This document shows positions 18,573-28,722 of a DNA stretch of 63,696 nucleotides, piece after piece. Source of the DNA: Erysipelotrichaceae bacterium (GTDB taxonomy: Bacteria; Bacillota_I; Bacilli_A; RFN20; CAG-631). Made by a program: the position numbers and the translations under genes. Numbering within the stretch: position 1 is the first letter of the stretch; each line of letters starts with the position of its first letter. The DNA lies in contig JALEMY010000092.1 of assembly GCA_022767485.1 (NCBI GenBank), positions 1-63,696 on the forward strand, written 5' to 3'. The notes under the pieces were generated by a model that saw nothing but the letters and a program-made list of their open reading frames with translations, made no database searches and was not told where the DNA came from.

Positions 18573-19544
18573 ATGATAAAACGTATAAATGGTAGTTGGC
18601 TTGAATTTCATCATTTAGGCATTCCTGAAGGTAAATATTTTAATCCGATGATTCATGGCTTTTCAAGTGAACAATGGAGAAGCAAAATCCAAGAAATGCA
18701 TGAACTTAAAATGAAATATATAGTGATAATTGCTACAGCTGAATTCGATGGTAAAGATAAACATGCATGCTACTATAATTCAGCACATTATGAAAAAAGC
18801 ACAGAACTTGCATGTGATGACCCAATAGAGGTCGTTTTAGATGAATGTGATAAATTAAATATGCGTGTTTTTGTATCTGTCGGTTTTTATTCTAACTGGT
18901 GGCACACTTTTGAAAATATGACTAATGAAGAAGCTTTTGTAAGAGCTTTTAAAGCGATTGATGAACTTCATGCTATATATGGTCATCATAAATCATTTTA
19001 TGGTTGGTATTTTCCTGATGAAAGTGAAATCAGTTATTATATGGATGAAGAGTTCATTACTTATTGCAATCGCTATTCACAAAAAGTTCATTCTTTAAAT
19101 CCAAACTATAAGACTTTAATTGCTCCATATGGTACTTGTAAACTTAAAGCTGACGATCATTATGTTTCTCAATTAAAACGTCTTGACGTTGACTTTGTAG
19201 CTTATCAAGATGAAGTTGGTGTAAAAAAGACAACGGAAGATAAAACAGCTAGTTTTTATAAAGCTTTAAAAGAAGCCCATGATAAAGCTAATAGAAGTAA
19301 ACTTTGGGCTGATGTAGAAACCTTTACTTTTGAAGGTGATGTTTATAAATCTGCTTTGCTTCCTAGTAATATTGAAAGATTAAAAAAACAGCTTGAAGCT
19401 GTTTCACCTTATGTTGATGAAATATTAATCTTTGAATATCAAGGTATGTTTAATAAACCAGGTACAATTGCTTTTTGTGGTCATCCTGATTCTATAGATT
19501 ATTATAAAGACTATAAAAAACTTCTTGATGAAATAGATAAGTAA
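18573..19544 (+). CDS. DUF4434-like TIM-barrel (glycoside-hydrolase-like) protein
   Basis: 323 aa with SD AAGGAGG. The layout (NGSWLEF..., MKYIVII, MRVFVSVGF, FYGWYFPDE) resembles DUF4434 as I recall it. Confidence 0.5.
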   Translation: MIKRINGSWLEFHHLGIPEGKYFNPMIHGFSSEQWRSKIQEMHELKMKYIVIIATAEFDGKDKHACYYNSAHYEKSTELACDDPIEVVLDECDKLNMRVFVSVGFYSNWWHTFENMTNEEAFVRAFKAIDELHAIYGHHKSFYGWYFPDESEISYYMDEEFITYCNRYSQKVHSLNPNYKTLIAPYGTCKLKADDHYVSQLKRLDVDFVAYQDEVGVKKTTEDKTASFYKALKEAHDKANRSKLWADVETFTFEGDVYKSALLPSNIERLKKQLEAVSPYVDEILIFEYQGMFNKPGTIAFCGHPDSIDYYKDYKKLLDEIDK

Positions 19545-19547
19545 TTG

Positions 19548-20462
19548 CTAAATATTACTTGTTATCCAAGTAATTGGGCGAATATTTATCATTTCATTAA
19601 TTTTCTTATAATAGTTTTTCATCAATTCTATTTGTCTTTTTTGTTTAGCTATAGCATAATAGATTTCACTTGAATAATCATAACTTGTATGATCGTTAGC
19701 TATATCTTCACAAACATCAAAAATAAATGTTGGGAAAAGTAATCTTGCAAGCAAATATTCATATTCATCAACACTATAATTATATTGTTTACAAATGCTG
19801 ATTAATATTTCAAAAGAGATAAGTTCATTTTTATATAATTCTGCTAAATCTCTACTTGAATGATCGACGATTAAATTAAATGGATTAAAGATGTTTTCTT
19901 TATCCATTTTTTTAATTCTTCGATGGGTAAGAGTTGCAAGATAATAGTTTCTTTGAAAGTCGATATTAATATCAGAAAGGTATTGCAAAGCATTTAATGC
20001 AAAGCCGATTGCATAAATAGTGTAGCGATATAAAGTTTCGTGGGCTTCATTATCAAAATTTAAATTCACTAGACATTGATTTTGAATAAATTCTAATCTT
20101 TGATCCCATAAAATAATAATTTCTTGTAAGTTAATTTGATAAGAAAAAGCATTTAGCCATATTTGATGCATAGATACAACATCCTTAACAGTAACATTAC
20201 CATCTTTTTTATAACTAATTAAACAAATGTTTTTTTCATCATTTATAGCAGAAATAAAATGATCGTATTTGTTTTTTACTAAAAATACAACATCATTATT
20301 GAAATATAAAGCGGTATTTAATGATAATTGATTTAGTTTGTTGACCTCTTCTTCATTTTCAATAGTTGCTAACAACTTAAAAATATAGCCTTGATATTCA
20401 AATTGATTATCGATTAATTTGTCAACTTTATATCCATAATAATCATAAATATAATTTTCCAT
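19548..20462 (-). CDS. CotS/YutH-like (spore-coat kinase-fold) protein, tentative
   Basis: 304 aa with SD GGTGA. The LTHRRI ... VDHSSRDLAELY arrangement resembles the catalytic-loop region of CotS/YutH-type phosphotransferase-fold proteins. This is a weak assignment. Confidence 0.4.
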   Translation of the reverse strand: MENYIYDYYGYKVDKLIDNQFEYQGYIFKLLATIENEEEVNKLNQLSLNTALYFNNDVVFLVKNKYDHFISAINDEKNICLISYKKDGNVTVKDVVSMHQIWLNAFSYQINLQEIIILWDQRLEFIQNQCLVNLNFDNEAHETLYRYTIYAIGFALNALQYLSDINIDFQRNYYLATLTHRRIKKMDKENIFNPFNLIVDHSSRDLAELYKNELISFEILISICKQYNYSVDEYEYLLARLLFPTFIFDVCEDIANDHTSYDYSSEIYYAIAKQKRQIELMKNYYKKINEMINIRPITWITSNI

Positions 20463-20510
20463 TTATTCACCTTCTATACAAGTATATGAACAAAATGGTA
20501 ATTTTCGCAC

Positions 20511-20540
20511 AATAAAAAATACTTCATTGCTGAAGTATTT
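20511..20540 (-). terminator. Intrinsic terminator immediately after sufB
   Basis: 10-bp perfect stem (20517-20526 pairs with 20531-20540) with a 4-nt loop and an A/T-rich trail. It begins 2 nt after the sufB TAA. Confidence 0.55.
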
Positions 20541-20541
20541 A

Positions 20542-21942
20542 TTAGCCAATAGCACCTTCCATATTCAATTTCAATAATTGATTTAATTCAACAGCATATT
20601 CCATTGGAAGTTCTTTTGAAAAAGGTTCAATAAAGCCTAAAACAATCATTTGCATAGCTTGTTGTTTACTAAGGCCTCGACTTTGTAAATAAAATAATTG
20701 CTCATCAGATATTTTTGAAACAGTAGCCTCATGTTCAATTATAGACTTATTGTTATAACTTCTATTTTTAGGAATCGTATCAGAAGAGGAAATATTATCC
20801 ATAATCAAAGTATCACATTGAACATAACTTCTTGCATTTAACGCATCTTTTCCATGATGAATCGTTCCTCTATAATTAACTTTTCCTCCACCTCTACATA
20901 TCGATTTAGAAATGATTTGGCTCGAAGTGTTTTTAGCTAAATGAATCATTCTAGCTCCTGAGTCTTGATATTGTCCTTTACCAGCAACAGCGATTGAAAT
21001 ACAAGTACCTTTAGCATTATTTCCAGCCAAAATACAGCCTGGATATTTCATATTTACACCAGAACCAATATTGCCATCAATCCATTCCATTTGGCCATTT
21101 TCTTCAACATATGCCCTTTTAGTTACTAGGTTTATAATGTTACTCGACCAATTTTGTACAGTTGAGTAACGACATTTTCCATCTTTCTTAACGATGATTT
21201 CAACGACCGCTGCATGAAGTGATTCTGAATCATAAATTGGAGCTGTACATCCTTCAACATAATGAACATCAGCGCCTTCATCAACTATGATAAGCGTTCT
21301 TTCAAATTGTCCCATCCCTTTAGAATTGATTCTAAAATATGATTGCAATGGTTTATCAAGTTTTACCCCTTTTGGAACATATATAAATGAGCCACCAGAC
21401 CATACAGCACCATTTAAAGCAGCAAATTTATTATCGTTAAAAGATACTACAGTATTAAAATATTCTTTAAATAATTCAGGATAAAGTTTTAAAGCACTAT
21501 CGGTATCTAAAAAGATAACACCTTTATCTTCAACTTCCTTTAACATATTGTGGTAAACACCTTCAGATTCATATTGTGTATGAATCCCTGCAAAAAATTT
21601 TTTTTCTTGTTCTGGTAATCCTAGACGGGTGAAAGTTTCTCTGATTGTTTGAGGTACTTCATCCCAACTTTTAACGGATTTATCAGAAGGCTTTATGTAG
21701 TATGTATATTCATCGTATTTTAAAAAATCAAGGTTTGGACCAAAAGATGGATTTTTCATTTTTAAAAAAGTTTCAAATGATTTAAGACGGAACTCTTTCA
21801 TCCATTCTGGTTCATTTTTTATTTTTGAAATAGTTAAAATGGTATCTCTCGTCAAACCTTTTTTGGTTTTAAAAACACTAGTGTCTTCATCTTTAAAACC
21901 ATATTGATAATTTTCAAGACCTTTAATTTTATCTTTTTCCAT
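20542..21942 (-). CDS. sufB: Fe-S cluster assembly protein SufB
   Basis: YQYGFKD, the [23 protein letters not shown] region and the C-terminal LFYLQSRGL motif. The ATG at 21942 is preceded by GGTGAT. The ORF track starts at 21954. Confidence 0.93.
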   Translation of the reverse strand: MEKDKIKGLENYQYGFKDEDTSVFKTKKGLTRDTILTISKIKNEPEWMKEFRLKSFETFLKMKNPSFGPNLDFLKYDEYTYYIKPSDKSVKSWDEVPQTIRETFTRLGLPEQEKKFFAGIHTQYESEGVYHNMLKEVEDKGVIFLDTDSALKLYPELFKEYFNTVVSFNDNKFAALNGAVWSGGSFIYVPKGVKLDKPLQSYFRINSKGMGQFERTLIIVDEGADVHYVEGCTAPIYDSESLHAAVVEIIVKKDGKCRYSTVQNWSSNIINLVTKRAYVEENGQMEWIDGNIGSGVNMKYPGCILAGNNAKGTCISIAVAGKGQYQDSGARMIHLAKNTSSQIISKSICRGGGKVNYRGTIHHGKDALNARSYVQCDTLIMDNISSSDTIPKNRSYNNKSIIEHEATVSKISDEQLFYLQSRGLSKQQAMQMIVLGFIEPFSKELPMEYAVELNQLLKLNMEGAIG

Positions 21943-22387
21943 CGATATCACCATCTTTCAAACTATTTAATAGTTCAAGTAAACCATTAAAACCTATTTT
22001 CGCACATTTGATTCTGTTTGCTTGCTTACTAACATCTTTAAAAACAACCGCTTCTTGAAGCAATATTTCATCATATGGCAATTCTTTTATCATCTTATCG
22101 TATTCATCAATAATTTGATAGGCTTTTTCTACACTTTCTCCTTTTACAAGTTCTGATAAAATAGAAGTTGAAGCAGTAGAAATAGTGCAACCAATACCAT
22201 CAAAGCGAAAATCTTTGATAATATTATCAACAAGAAGAATTTGAATAGTGATATCATCGATACAAGATTCAGAATTCATATTAATTTTAAGGTATTTTGG
22301 ATCATCAACAAGTCCTTTATTTCTAGGATTTTCATAATGGTCCATAATAATTTCTCTTTTAATCATTGGATCATTTAAAGAAAGCAT
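21929..22387 (-). CDS. sufU: SufU-type Fe-S/sulfur-transfer scaffold
   Basis: [12 protein letters not shown], three conserved Cys ([20 protein letters not shown]). GGAGGTGA lies 7 nt before the ATG at 22387. Confidence 0.88.
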   Translation of the reverse strand: MLSLNDPMIKREIIMDHYENPRNKGLVDDPKYLKINMNSESCIDDITIQILLVDNIIKDFRFDGIGCTISTASTSILSELVKGESVEKAYQIIDEYDKMIKELPYDEILLQEAVVFKDVSKQANRIKCAKIGFNGLLELLNSLKDGDIDGKR

Positions 22388-23600
22388 CTAAAAAATCACC
22401 TCCATGTTTACAAGCTTCAACAAAAATATCGATTTCCTCTTTGGTATTATAAAAATAAAATGATGCTCTTACAGTACCAATTACATTTAAAAAATTAGGT
22501 AATAATTTTGCGCAATGATGTCCACTTCTAACAGCTATTCCTTTACTATTAAAATAACTGCCGGCATCTTGGCAAAATACATCTTTTATATTAAAAGTAA
22601 CAATTCCTGAGTCATTTGCTTCATTATAAATAATGATATTTGGAATTTCTTTTAATTTTTCTATAGCGTATTTTTTTAATTCTTTTTCATAGTTAGCGAT
22701 GTTATCAAAACCAATATTTGATAAATATTTTATGGCTGTAGCAAAACCTATTACTTCAGCGATTGCTGGTGTTCCACCTTCAAATTTATAAGGGGGCTTT
22801 TTAAGTAACATATTTTGACAAGCATCAAATTTTGCATTCATACCGCCACCTAATGAAATCGTATCCATTTTGCAAAGCATATCATATTTACCATATAATA
22901 CTCCAATGCCGGTAGGACCACACATCTTATGTGCAGAAAAAGCTAGAAAATCACAATCTAAATCTTTCACATCAACTTTCATATGTGGGACTGCTTGAGC
23001 AGCATCAACTAAGACCACAATATTTTTTTCATGAGCAATTTTAATAATGGTTTTAACATCATTAATAGCACCTAAAACATTGCTAACATAAGCAATTGAT
23101 ATCATTTTTGTTTTTTCATTAATGATTGAACTTAGTTGCTTTACATCAACTTTTCCTTGCGCATCTAATGGAGCAAACACTATTTTTAAGTGTTTTTTTC
23201 TAGCTATTTCATACCATGGCAAAATATTGCTTGCATGTTCAGCTTCGTTTAAAATAATTTCATCATCGCAGTTTAAATAATTCATAGCATAACCAAAAGC
23301 AACCATGTTGATTGCTTGCGTCGTTCCACTTGTAAAAACTATTTCTTTACTATCACAAGATAGAAGATCAGCTACTACTTGCCTTGTTTGCTCATAGCGT
23401 GCATCACTAATAGCTGCTAAATCATAATCACCGCGGTGTACGTTACTGTTATAGTTAAAATAATAGTCATTCATCGCTTCAATGACACATTTTGGCTTTA
23501 ACGAAGTTGCTGCATTATCAAAATATACAAGTTGATGTCCTTGCATTTTATGGTTATTCAACATAGGAAAGTCTTTTCTAATTTCATTTATATCAATCAT
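22371..23600 (-). CDS. sufS: Cysteine desulfurase SufS
   Basis: YFDNAATS, SAHKMCGPTGIGVLYG (PLP Lys) and RSGHHCA (catalytic Cys). The ATG at 23600 overlaps the sufD stop (ATGATTGA). The ORF-track start at 23609 is TTG. Confidence 0.92.
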   Translation of the reverse strand: MIDINEIRKDFPMLNNHKMQGHQLVYFDNAATSLKPKCVIEAMNDYYFNYNSNVHRGDYDLAAISDARYEQTRQVVADLLSCDSKEIVFTSGTTQAINMVAFGYAMNYLNCDDEIILNEAEHASNILPWYEIARKKHLKIVFAPLDAQGKVDVKQLSSIINEKTKMISIAYVSNVLGAINDVKTIIKIAHEKNIVVLVDAAQAVPHMKVDVKDLDCDFLAFSAHKMCGPTGIGVLYGKYDMLCKMDTISLGGGMNAKFDACQNMLLKKPPYKFEGGTPAIAEVIGFATAIKYLSNIGFDNIANYEKELKKYAIEKLKEIPNIIIYNEANDSGIVTFNIKDVFCQDAGSYFNSKGIAVRSGHHCAKLLPNFLNVIGTVRASFYFYNTKEEIDIFVEACKHGGDFLDAFFK

Positions 23601-24447
23601 AATTAACAATCCTTTTATCTAATACTTTATTTATTTCGTCAAGAAGATTTTCATCAGAAATGTTTTCTAAAATCGGATTAAAATAACCTCTAATTAAAAT
23701 ATTTCTTGCCTCAAGGGCACTTAAACCTCTACTTTGTAAATAATACATATGATCTTGATTGATAGAACCAACACTACATGAGTGAGAAGCTTCTACATCA
23801 TTTTCATCAATATGCAAATTTGGAAGGACTATGCCAAAGCAACTACTAGACAAGTTAATAATTCTTCCTTCTTGGTTTGTTTTGCTGCCACTTGCTTTAT
23901 TTTTAATATATGCATCCGTATAGATACTTACATGGGCTTCATCATTATTAATAGCATAAATTTTTGCTTTTGAAGTACAAAGCGCTGCAAAATGATTCAA
24001 ATTTGTTTGATATTTTTTAGCTGATTTTAAAACAGCATAGATACCATCGATGACATTTGTAGTGGCGTTTTCTTTCAATAGATTAATATTTTCAATACTA
24101 TCAACGTTCGTATTAGACAAATCTATTTGCATCGATTGATATTCTCCAAAATTATCAACATCTCTATTTATTGATAATGAGTTGCTATTACTTACGATAA
24201 AAGAGCAACGATTTAAATAGGAATTTTCATCAATTGTGATTTTAATGTGGCACTTTATAACATCTTTTTGATAGTTTTTTATTATTGTCACCTTAGAATT
24301 AATAACGTTAATGGTAATATCAATATTTTCAAAAATATTAAAATAATAAGTTGTATCATTAACATTTTTAATGGTAAAAGTATTTGTATTTTTATCAAAT
24401 TCTTCACACACCAAAGAGGGTGATAAATCAATTATTCTACTTATCAT
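23593..24447 (-). CDS. sufD: SufD (short form)
   Basis: The C-terminal region ([35 protein letters not shown]) is SufD/SufB-like, and it sits between sufC and sufS. It is only 284 aa. Confidence 0.75.
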   Translation of the reverse strand: MISRIIDLSPSLVCEEFDKNTNTFTIKNVNDTTYYFNIFENIDITINVINSKVTIIKNYQKDVIKCHIKITIDENSYLNRCSFIVSNSNSLSINRDVDNFGEYQSMQIDLSNTNVDSIENINLLKENATTNVIDGIYAVLKSAKKYQTNLNHFAALCTSKAKIYAINNDEAHVSIYTDAYIKNKASGSKTNQEGRIINLSSSCFGIVLPNLHIDENDVEASHSCSVGSINQDHMYYLQSRGLSALEARNILIRGYFNPILENISDENLLDEINKVLDKRIVNYD

Positions 24448-25258
24448 TTTTTAAAGATTCCTTTACGCCACAAAGGCCAATAGACGATGGTCTTAAATCA
24501 ACTTTCTTAGTGTCGATTCCATATTCTGCTTTAACCCAATCAAATCCTTCTTTATCGATTTTTAAAACGATATCTTCGTTTCCAGATAAAATGATCTTAC
24601 CATCGACAATGACATGAACATGTGTTGGCTTTATCATTTGATAAAATTTTGCATAATGAGAAACAACTAAGGCACTACCATTTCTATTTATTACTTCTTC
24701 AATTGAACTAGCTACCATTTTTAAAGCATCGACATCAAGTCCAGAATCGATTTCATCAAGCATTACAGTGCTAGGCTTTAATATCTTCATTTGGATGATT
24801 TCATTTCTTTTCTTTTCTCCCCCTGAAAAACCATCGTTTAAATAACGATGAATCATATCAAGTGGTAGATTAACCTCTTTTGTAGCTTTTTCAAGTTCAA
24901 CAATAAATTTATATAAAGACACAGGCTTTTCACTTTTGGCATTAATTGCTGCTTTTAAAAAATCAGAGTTGATAACACCTGGAATTTCTGGTGGATATTG
25001 CATTGCCAAAAATAACCCTTTTTTAGCACGTGTATCGACACTCATCGATGTGACATCTTCTCCATCAAGCAAAATTTGCCCTTTGGTTATTTCATATTTA
25101 CTTTGTCCCATAATTGTTGAAAGCAATGTTGATTTACCATTTCCATTAGGGCCTAGTAAAGCATGAATTTCATGTTCATTAATTGTTAAATTGATACCTT
25201 TTAATATTTCTTTACCTGCGACATTAACATGCAAGTCTATAATTTCAAGTTTAGCCAT
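24437..25258 (-). CDS. sufC: Fe-S assembly ATPase SufC
   Basis: Walker A GPNGNGKST, signature FSGGEKKR, Walker B MLDEIDSGLD. The ATG at 25258 gives MAKLEIIDLHV. The ORF-track start at 25273 is TTG. Confidence 0.93.
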   Translation of the reverse strand: MAKLEIIDLHVNVAGKEILKGINLTINEHEIHALLGPNGNGKSTLLSTIMGQSKYEITKGQILLDGEDVTSMSVDTRAKKGLFLAMQYPPEIPGVINSDFLKAAINAKSEKPVSLYKFIVELEKATKEVNLPLDMIHRYLNDGFSGGEKKRNEIIQMKILKPSTVMLDEIDSGLDVDALKMVASSIEEVINRNGSALVVSHYAKFYQMIKPTHVHVIVDGKIILSGNEDIVLKIDKEGFDWVKAEYGIDTKKVDLRPSSIGLCGVKESLKNDK

Positions 25259-25419
25259 AATTACACCATCCAATCCTTATATATTTTACACTTATTTACT
25301 ATTTATGTAAATAAGACTTTCTTTTTTTTCTTTTATATTATTGGGTAAAATATTATTTTTAATACTAGCAATTAAATCGTTATCGTTGTATAATTTTTAC
25401 GCACATGGAGGATTTAACA

Positions 25420-26403
25420 ATGAATAGTTTTCTTCATAATTTTCAAAAAATGGGACTTAAGGGCTTTTTGCTTTCAAATCTTGGTATAATTTGTTGTGCT
25501 ATTTCAACAACTTTATTTATTACTCCTGCTAAGCTTATCGTTGGTGGTGCTTCTGGCTTATCGGTTTTTTTAGCAATAATCACCAATTTTGCCGATAGAT
25601 ATTATATTTATTTATATGGCATAAACTTTTTGCTTATCGTTCTTTCTTTTTTCACTTTAGGAAAAAATTACACATTGAAAACAATTTATGGTTCAATAAT
25701 GTTACCAACTTATGGTTTTATAATTTCTGCAATTATTAAACATAGTAATTTTCCATTAACTCAAATTATTAGTGAAGTAGAACCAATTTTTATCGTTTTA
25801 GCTGCTTCTTTTCTAATGGGATTTGGCATTGGAATTAATATGAAACTTGGAGGATCTACCGGAGGTTTTGATATTTTAGAATCGGTTTTTTTAAAGTATT
25901 TCCACATTCCATATTCGACATCTATTTACATTTTAGATTGTATATTAGTTGTCTTAGGTATGGCTTTTTATTCTCCAGGTGAATTTTATGTTTTTAAAAA
26001 CTGGTTATCAGAAGGCCTTGGGGCTACTATGTATATTGTTCTTCTTGGCATAATAGTCGACGTAATAACATTTGGTGGATATAATAAAAGAGCGGTCTTT
26101 ATTCGCTCGGAAAAATATCAAGAAATACACGATACAATCATTCATAAATTAGTTCGCGGTTTGACATACATTAATGCAGAAGGCGGATATTCAGAAACAC
26201 CGACGAAAATGATCGTTTGTATTTGTTATTCAAAAGAATATTTTATCTTAAGAGATATGATACAAAAAATTGACCCTAATGCTTTTATTTTTGTAACTAA
26301 AGCAACCGAAGTTAGGGGCTTAGGCTTTAATTTTGAAACGAAAGAATATGTGAAATATCGAAATGAAAAAATAAAAAGAAAGGAAAAGACAAATGATTTA
26401 TAA
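25420..26403 (+). CDS. YitT-family membrane protein (with DUF2179-like C-terminal domain)
   Basis: GGAGGA lies 7 nt before the ATG at 25420. It has a polytopic N-terminal part and a soluble C-terminal part (RGLTYINAEGGYS...VTKATEVRG) typical of YitT. Confidence 0.75.
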   Translation: MNSFLHNFQKMGLKGFLLSNLGIICCAISTTLFITPAKLIVGGASGLSVFLAIITNFADRYYIYLYGINFLLIVLSFFTLGKNYTLKTIYGSIMLPTYGFIISAIIKHSNFPLTQIISEVEPIFIVLAASFLMGFGIGINMKLGGSTGGFDILESVFLKYFHIPYSTSIYILDCILVVLGMAFYSPGEFYVFKNWLSEGLGATMYIVLLGIIVDVITFGGYNKRAVFIRSEKYQEIHDTIIHKLVRGLTYINAEGGYSETPTKMIVCICYSKEYFILRDMIQKIDPNAFIFVTKATEVRGLGFNFETKEYVKYRNEKIKRKEKTNDL

Positions 26404-27247
26404 AGATAAAAACTACGAAGAAGAAAGAAGCCTTTATCATTTAGTAAACGATGAGGTTATAAATTGCACATTTGAAGGAAAATTAGATGGTGAATCTCCT
26501 TTGAAAGAATGCATCAATATAAAAGTTTTAAATTGTATGGTCAATTTGCGTTATCCTTTTTGGCATGATACAAATCTATATTTATCGAATTCTTCTTTAA
26601 AAGAAAATAGTCGAGCTCCTTTTTGGTATTGCAAGCATATCTATATAAATGATGTGAAATGCACAGGAATAAAAGCAATTAGAGAAAGTAATGATATTAT
26701 CGTTAAAAACTCATCATTTGATAGCGATGAATTTGCTTGGTATAGTAGCAAAATCACTCTTGAAAATTCATCTTTTGTCAGTAAATATTTCTTGTTTAAC
26801 TCAAAAAAAATTAGAATCAATAATATTACATTAAAAGGAAAATATTCTTTTCAATATGTCAATGATGTTATTATATCCAATTGTAACTTCGATACTAAAG
26901 ATGCTTTTTGGCATGCCAGTAATGTCGTTATAGTAAACTCAACATTAAAAGGTGAATATATTGGTTGGTATAGTAAAAATATTACCTTTATCAATTGCAA
27001 AATTATCGGCACACAACCATTTTGTTATGCTAAAAAATTAAAACTGATTAATTGCGAATTAGTCGATGCTGATTTTGCTTTTGAATATTCTGATGTGAAT
27101 GCTAGTATTAATGGGCACATATTATCTATTAAAAATCCTTTAAGAGGAGTAATTAATATTCAAGGTGAACTTGATGAATTGATTATTAAAGATTACACAA
27201 AACTTCCAAAAGCAAAAATCTTCCTAAACAATAAAAAAATAAAATGA
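26393..27247 (+). CDS. DUF3737-family beta-helix protein
   Basis: 284 aa of repetitive N/C/S-rich about 22-aa turns with GESPLKEC near the N-terminus. It closely resembles DUF3737 proteins as I recall them. Confidence 0.6.
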   Translation: MIYKDKNYEEERSLYHLVNDEVINCTFEGKLDGESPLKECINIKVLNCMVNLRYPFWHDTNLYLSNSSLKENSRAPFWYCKHIYINDVKCTGIKAIRESNDIIVKNSSFDSDEFAWYSSKITLENSSFVSKYFLFNSKKIRINNITLKGKYSFQYVNDVIISNCNFDTKDAFWHASNVVIVNSTLKGEYIGWYSKNITFINCKIIGTQPFCYAKKLKLINCELVDADFAFEYSDVNASINGHILSIKNPLRGVINIQGELDELIIKDYTKLPKAKIFLNNKKIK

Positions 27248-27311
27248 TAGTAATGCAAAGAGCATTATGATATAATTATTGATAATACAAAAAAAGAAAG
27301 GTGGTTATATT

Positions 27312-28670
27312 ATGTATAATAAAAATGTTTGGAAAAAGTATGAAAAACACGATGAAATTTTTTCTTTTAATGAAGATTATAAAGATTTTTTAAGTGCTTG
27401 TAAAACTGAAAGACTTTGCGTTGCAAAAAGTGTAAAACTAGCTAAAGAAAAAGGCTTTGTCGATATTAAAGATGTTAAAAAGCTTCTTCCTGGAGACAAA
27501 GTATATGCAACTAATAAAAAGAAAAACATTGCTTTATTTGTTATTGGTGATAAACCATTAGAAGAAGGACTTCGCATTTTAGGTGCTCATATCGACTCAC
27601 CTCGTTTAGATGTTAAGCAAAATCCATTATATGAAAACACTAATTTTGCTTTGCTTGATACTCACTACTATGGAGGCATTAAAAAGTATCAATGGGTAAC
27701 TATTCCTCTTGCTATTTATGGTGTAGTTTGTAAAAAAGATGGTAGTGTTATCGATATATCTATCGGTGATGAAGAAAATGATCCAGTAGTAGGAATTAGT
27801 GATTTATTAATTCATTTATCTGCTGATCAACTTTCAAAAAATGCTGCAAAGGTAATTGAAGGGGAAAACTTAGATGTTACTTTAGGATCTATTCCACTAA
27901 ATGATGAGGAAACAAATGCAGTCAAAGCAAATATCTTAAAATTACTTAAGGAAAAATATGATTTTGAAGAAGAAGACTTCTTATCTGCTGAACTTGAAGT
28001 AGTTCCTGCTGGTAAAGCGCGTGATTATGGACTTGATAGAAGCATGGTTGCCGGTTATGGCCATGATGATCGTGTTTGCGCTTATACTTCTTTACGTGCA
28101 GTTTTAGATTCAAATAAACAAACTTATACATCATGCGCTGTATTAGTTGATAAAGAAGAAGTTGGATCTATTGGTGCAACTGGTGCAGATTCTAAATGGT
28201 TTGAAAATGTCATTGCTGAATTAATCAATTTAACAGATACTTATTCAGATTTAAAACTTCGTCATGCTTTAACTAATTCAAAGATGTTATCAAGCGACGT
28301 ATCTGCTGGCTTTGATCCTTTATATGCAAGTGTTAATGATGCTAAAAATTCAGCTTATTTAGGAAATGGCATTTGCTTTAATAAATATACTGGTTCTAGA
28401 GGAAAAAGTGGAGCAAATGATGCAATGCCTGAATACTTTGCAGAAATAAGAAACCTTCTTGATGAAAATGATGTTTATTATCAAACGGCAGAACTTGGTC
28501 GAGTAGATCAAGGTGGTGGCGGAACAATCGCTTATATCTTAGGTAATTATAATATGTATGTTATCGATGCTGGTGTGGCAGTACTTAGCATGCACTCTCC
28601 ACTTGAAATTGTTTCTAAAGCTGATGTTTATGAAGCTTATGTTGCTTATAAAACTTTCTTAAAAATTTAG
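27312..28670 (+). CDS. M18-family aminopeptidase
   Basis: LGAHIDSPRLD, GYGHDDRVC, DKEEVGS and LSMHSP are M18/M42-type metal-ligand motifs. The ATG at 27312 is preceded by AGGTGG. Confidence 0.8.
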   Translation: MYNKNVWKKYEKHDEIFSFNEDYKDFLSACKTERLCVAKSVKLAKEKGFVDIKDVKKLLPGDKVYATNKKKNIALFVIGDKPLEEGLRILGAHIDSPRLDVKQNPLYENTNFALLDTHYYGGIKKYQWVTIPLAIYGVVCKKDGSVIDISIGDEENDPVVGISDLLIHLSADQLSKNAAKVIEGENLDVTLGSIPLNDEETNAVKANILKLLKEKYDFEEEDFLSAELEVVPAGKARDYGLDRSMVAGYGHDDRVCAYTSLRAVLDSNKQTYTSCAVLVDKEEVGSIGATGADSKWFENVIAELINLTDTYSDLKLRHALTNSKMLSSDVSAGFDPLYASVNDAKNSAYLGNGICFNKYTGSRGKSGANDAMPEYFAEIRNLLDENDVYYQTAELGRVDQGGGGTIAYILGNYNMYVIDAGVAVLSMHSPLEIVSKADVYEAYVAYKTFLKI

Positions 28671-28682
28671 TAAAGTGTAAAA

Positions 28683-28722
28683 AAAATCACTACTTAATAT
28701 TAGGTGGTGATTTTTATTTTTT
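28683..28722 (+). terminator. Intrinsic terminator after the M18 aminopeptidase gene, overlapping the SD/start region of the next gene
   Basis: 8-bp stem (28686-28693 pairs with 28704-28711, one G-U) with a 10-nt loop, followed by TTTTTATTTTTT. Confidence 0.6.
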
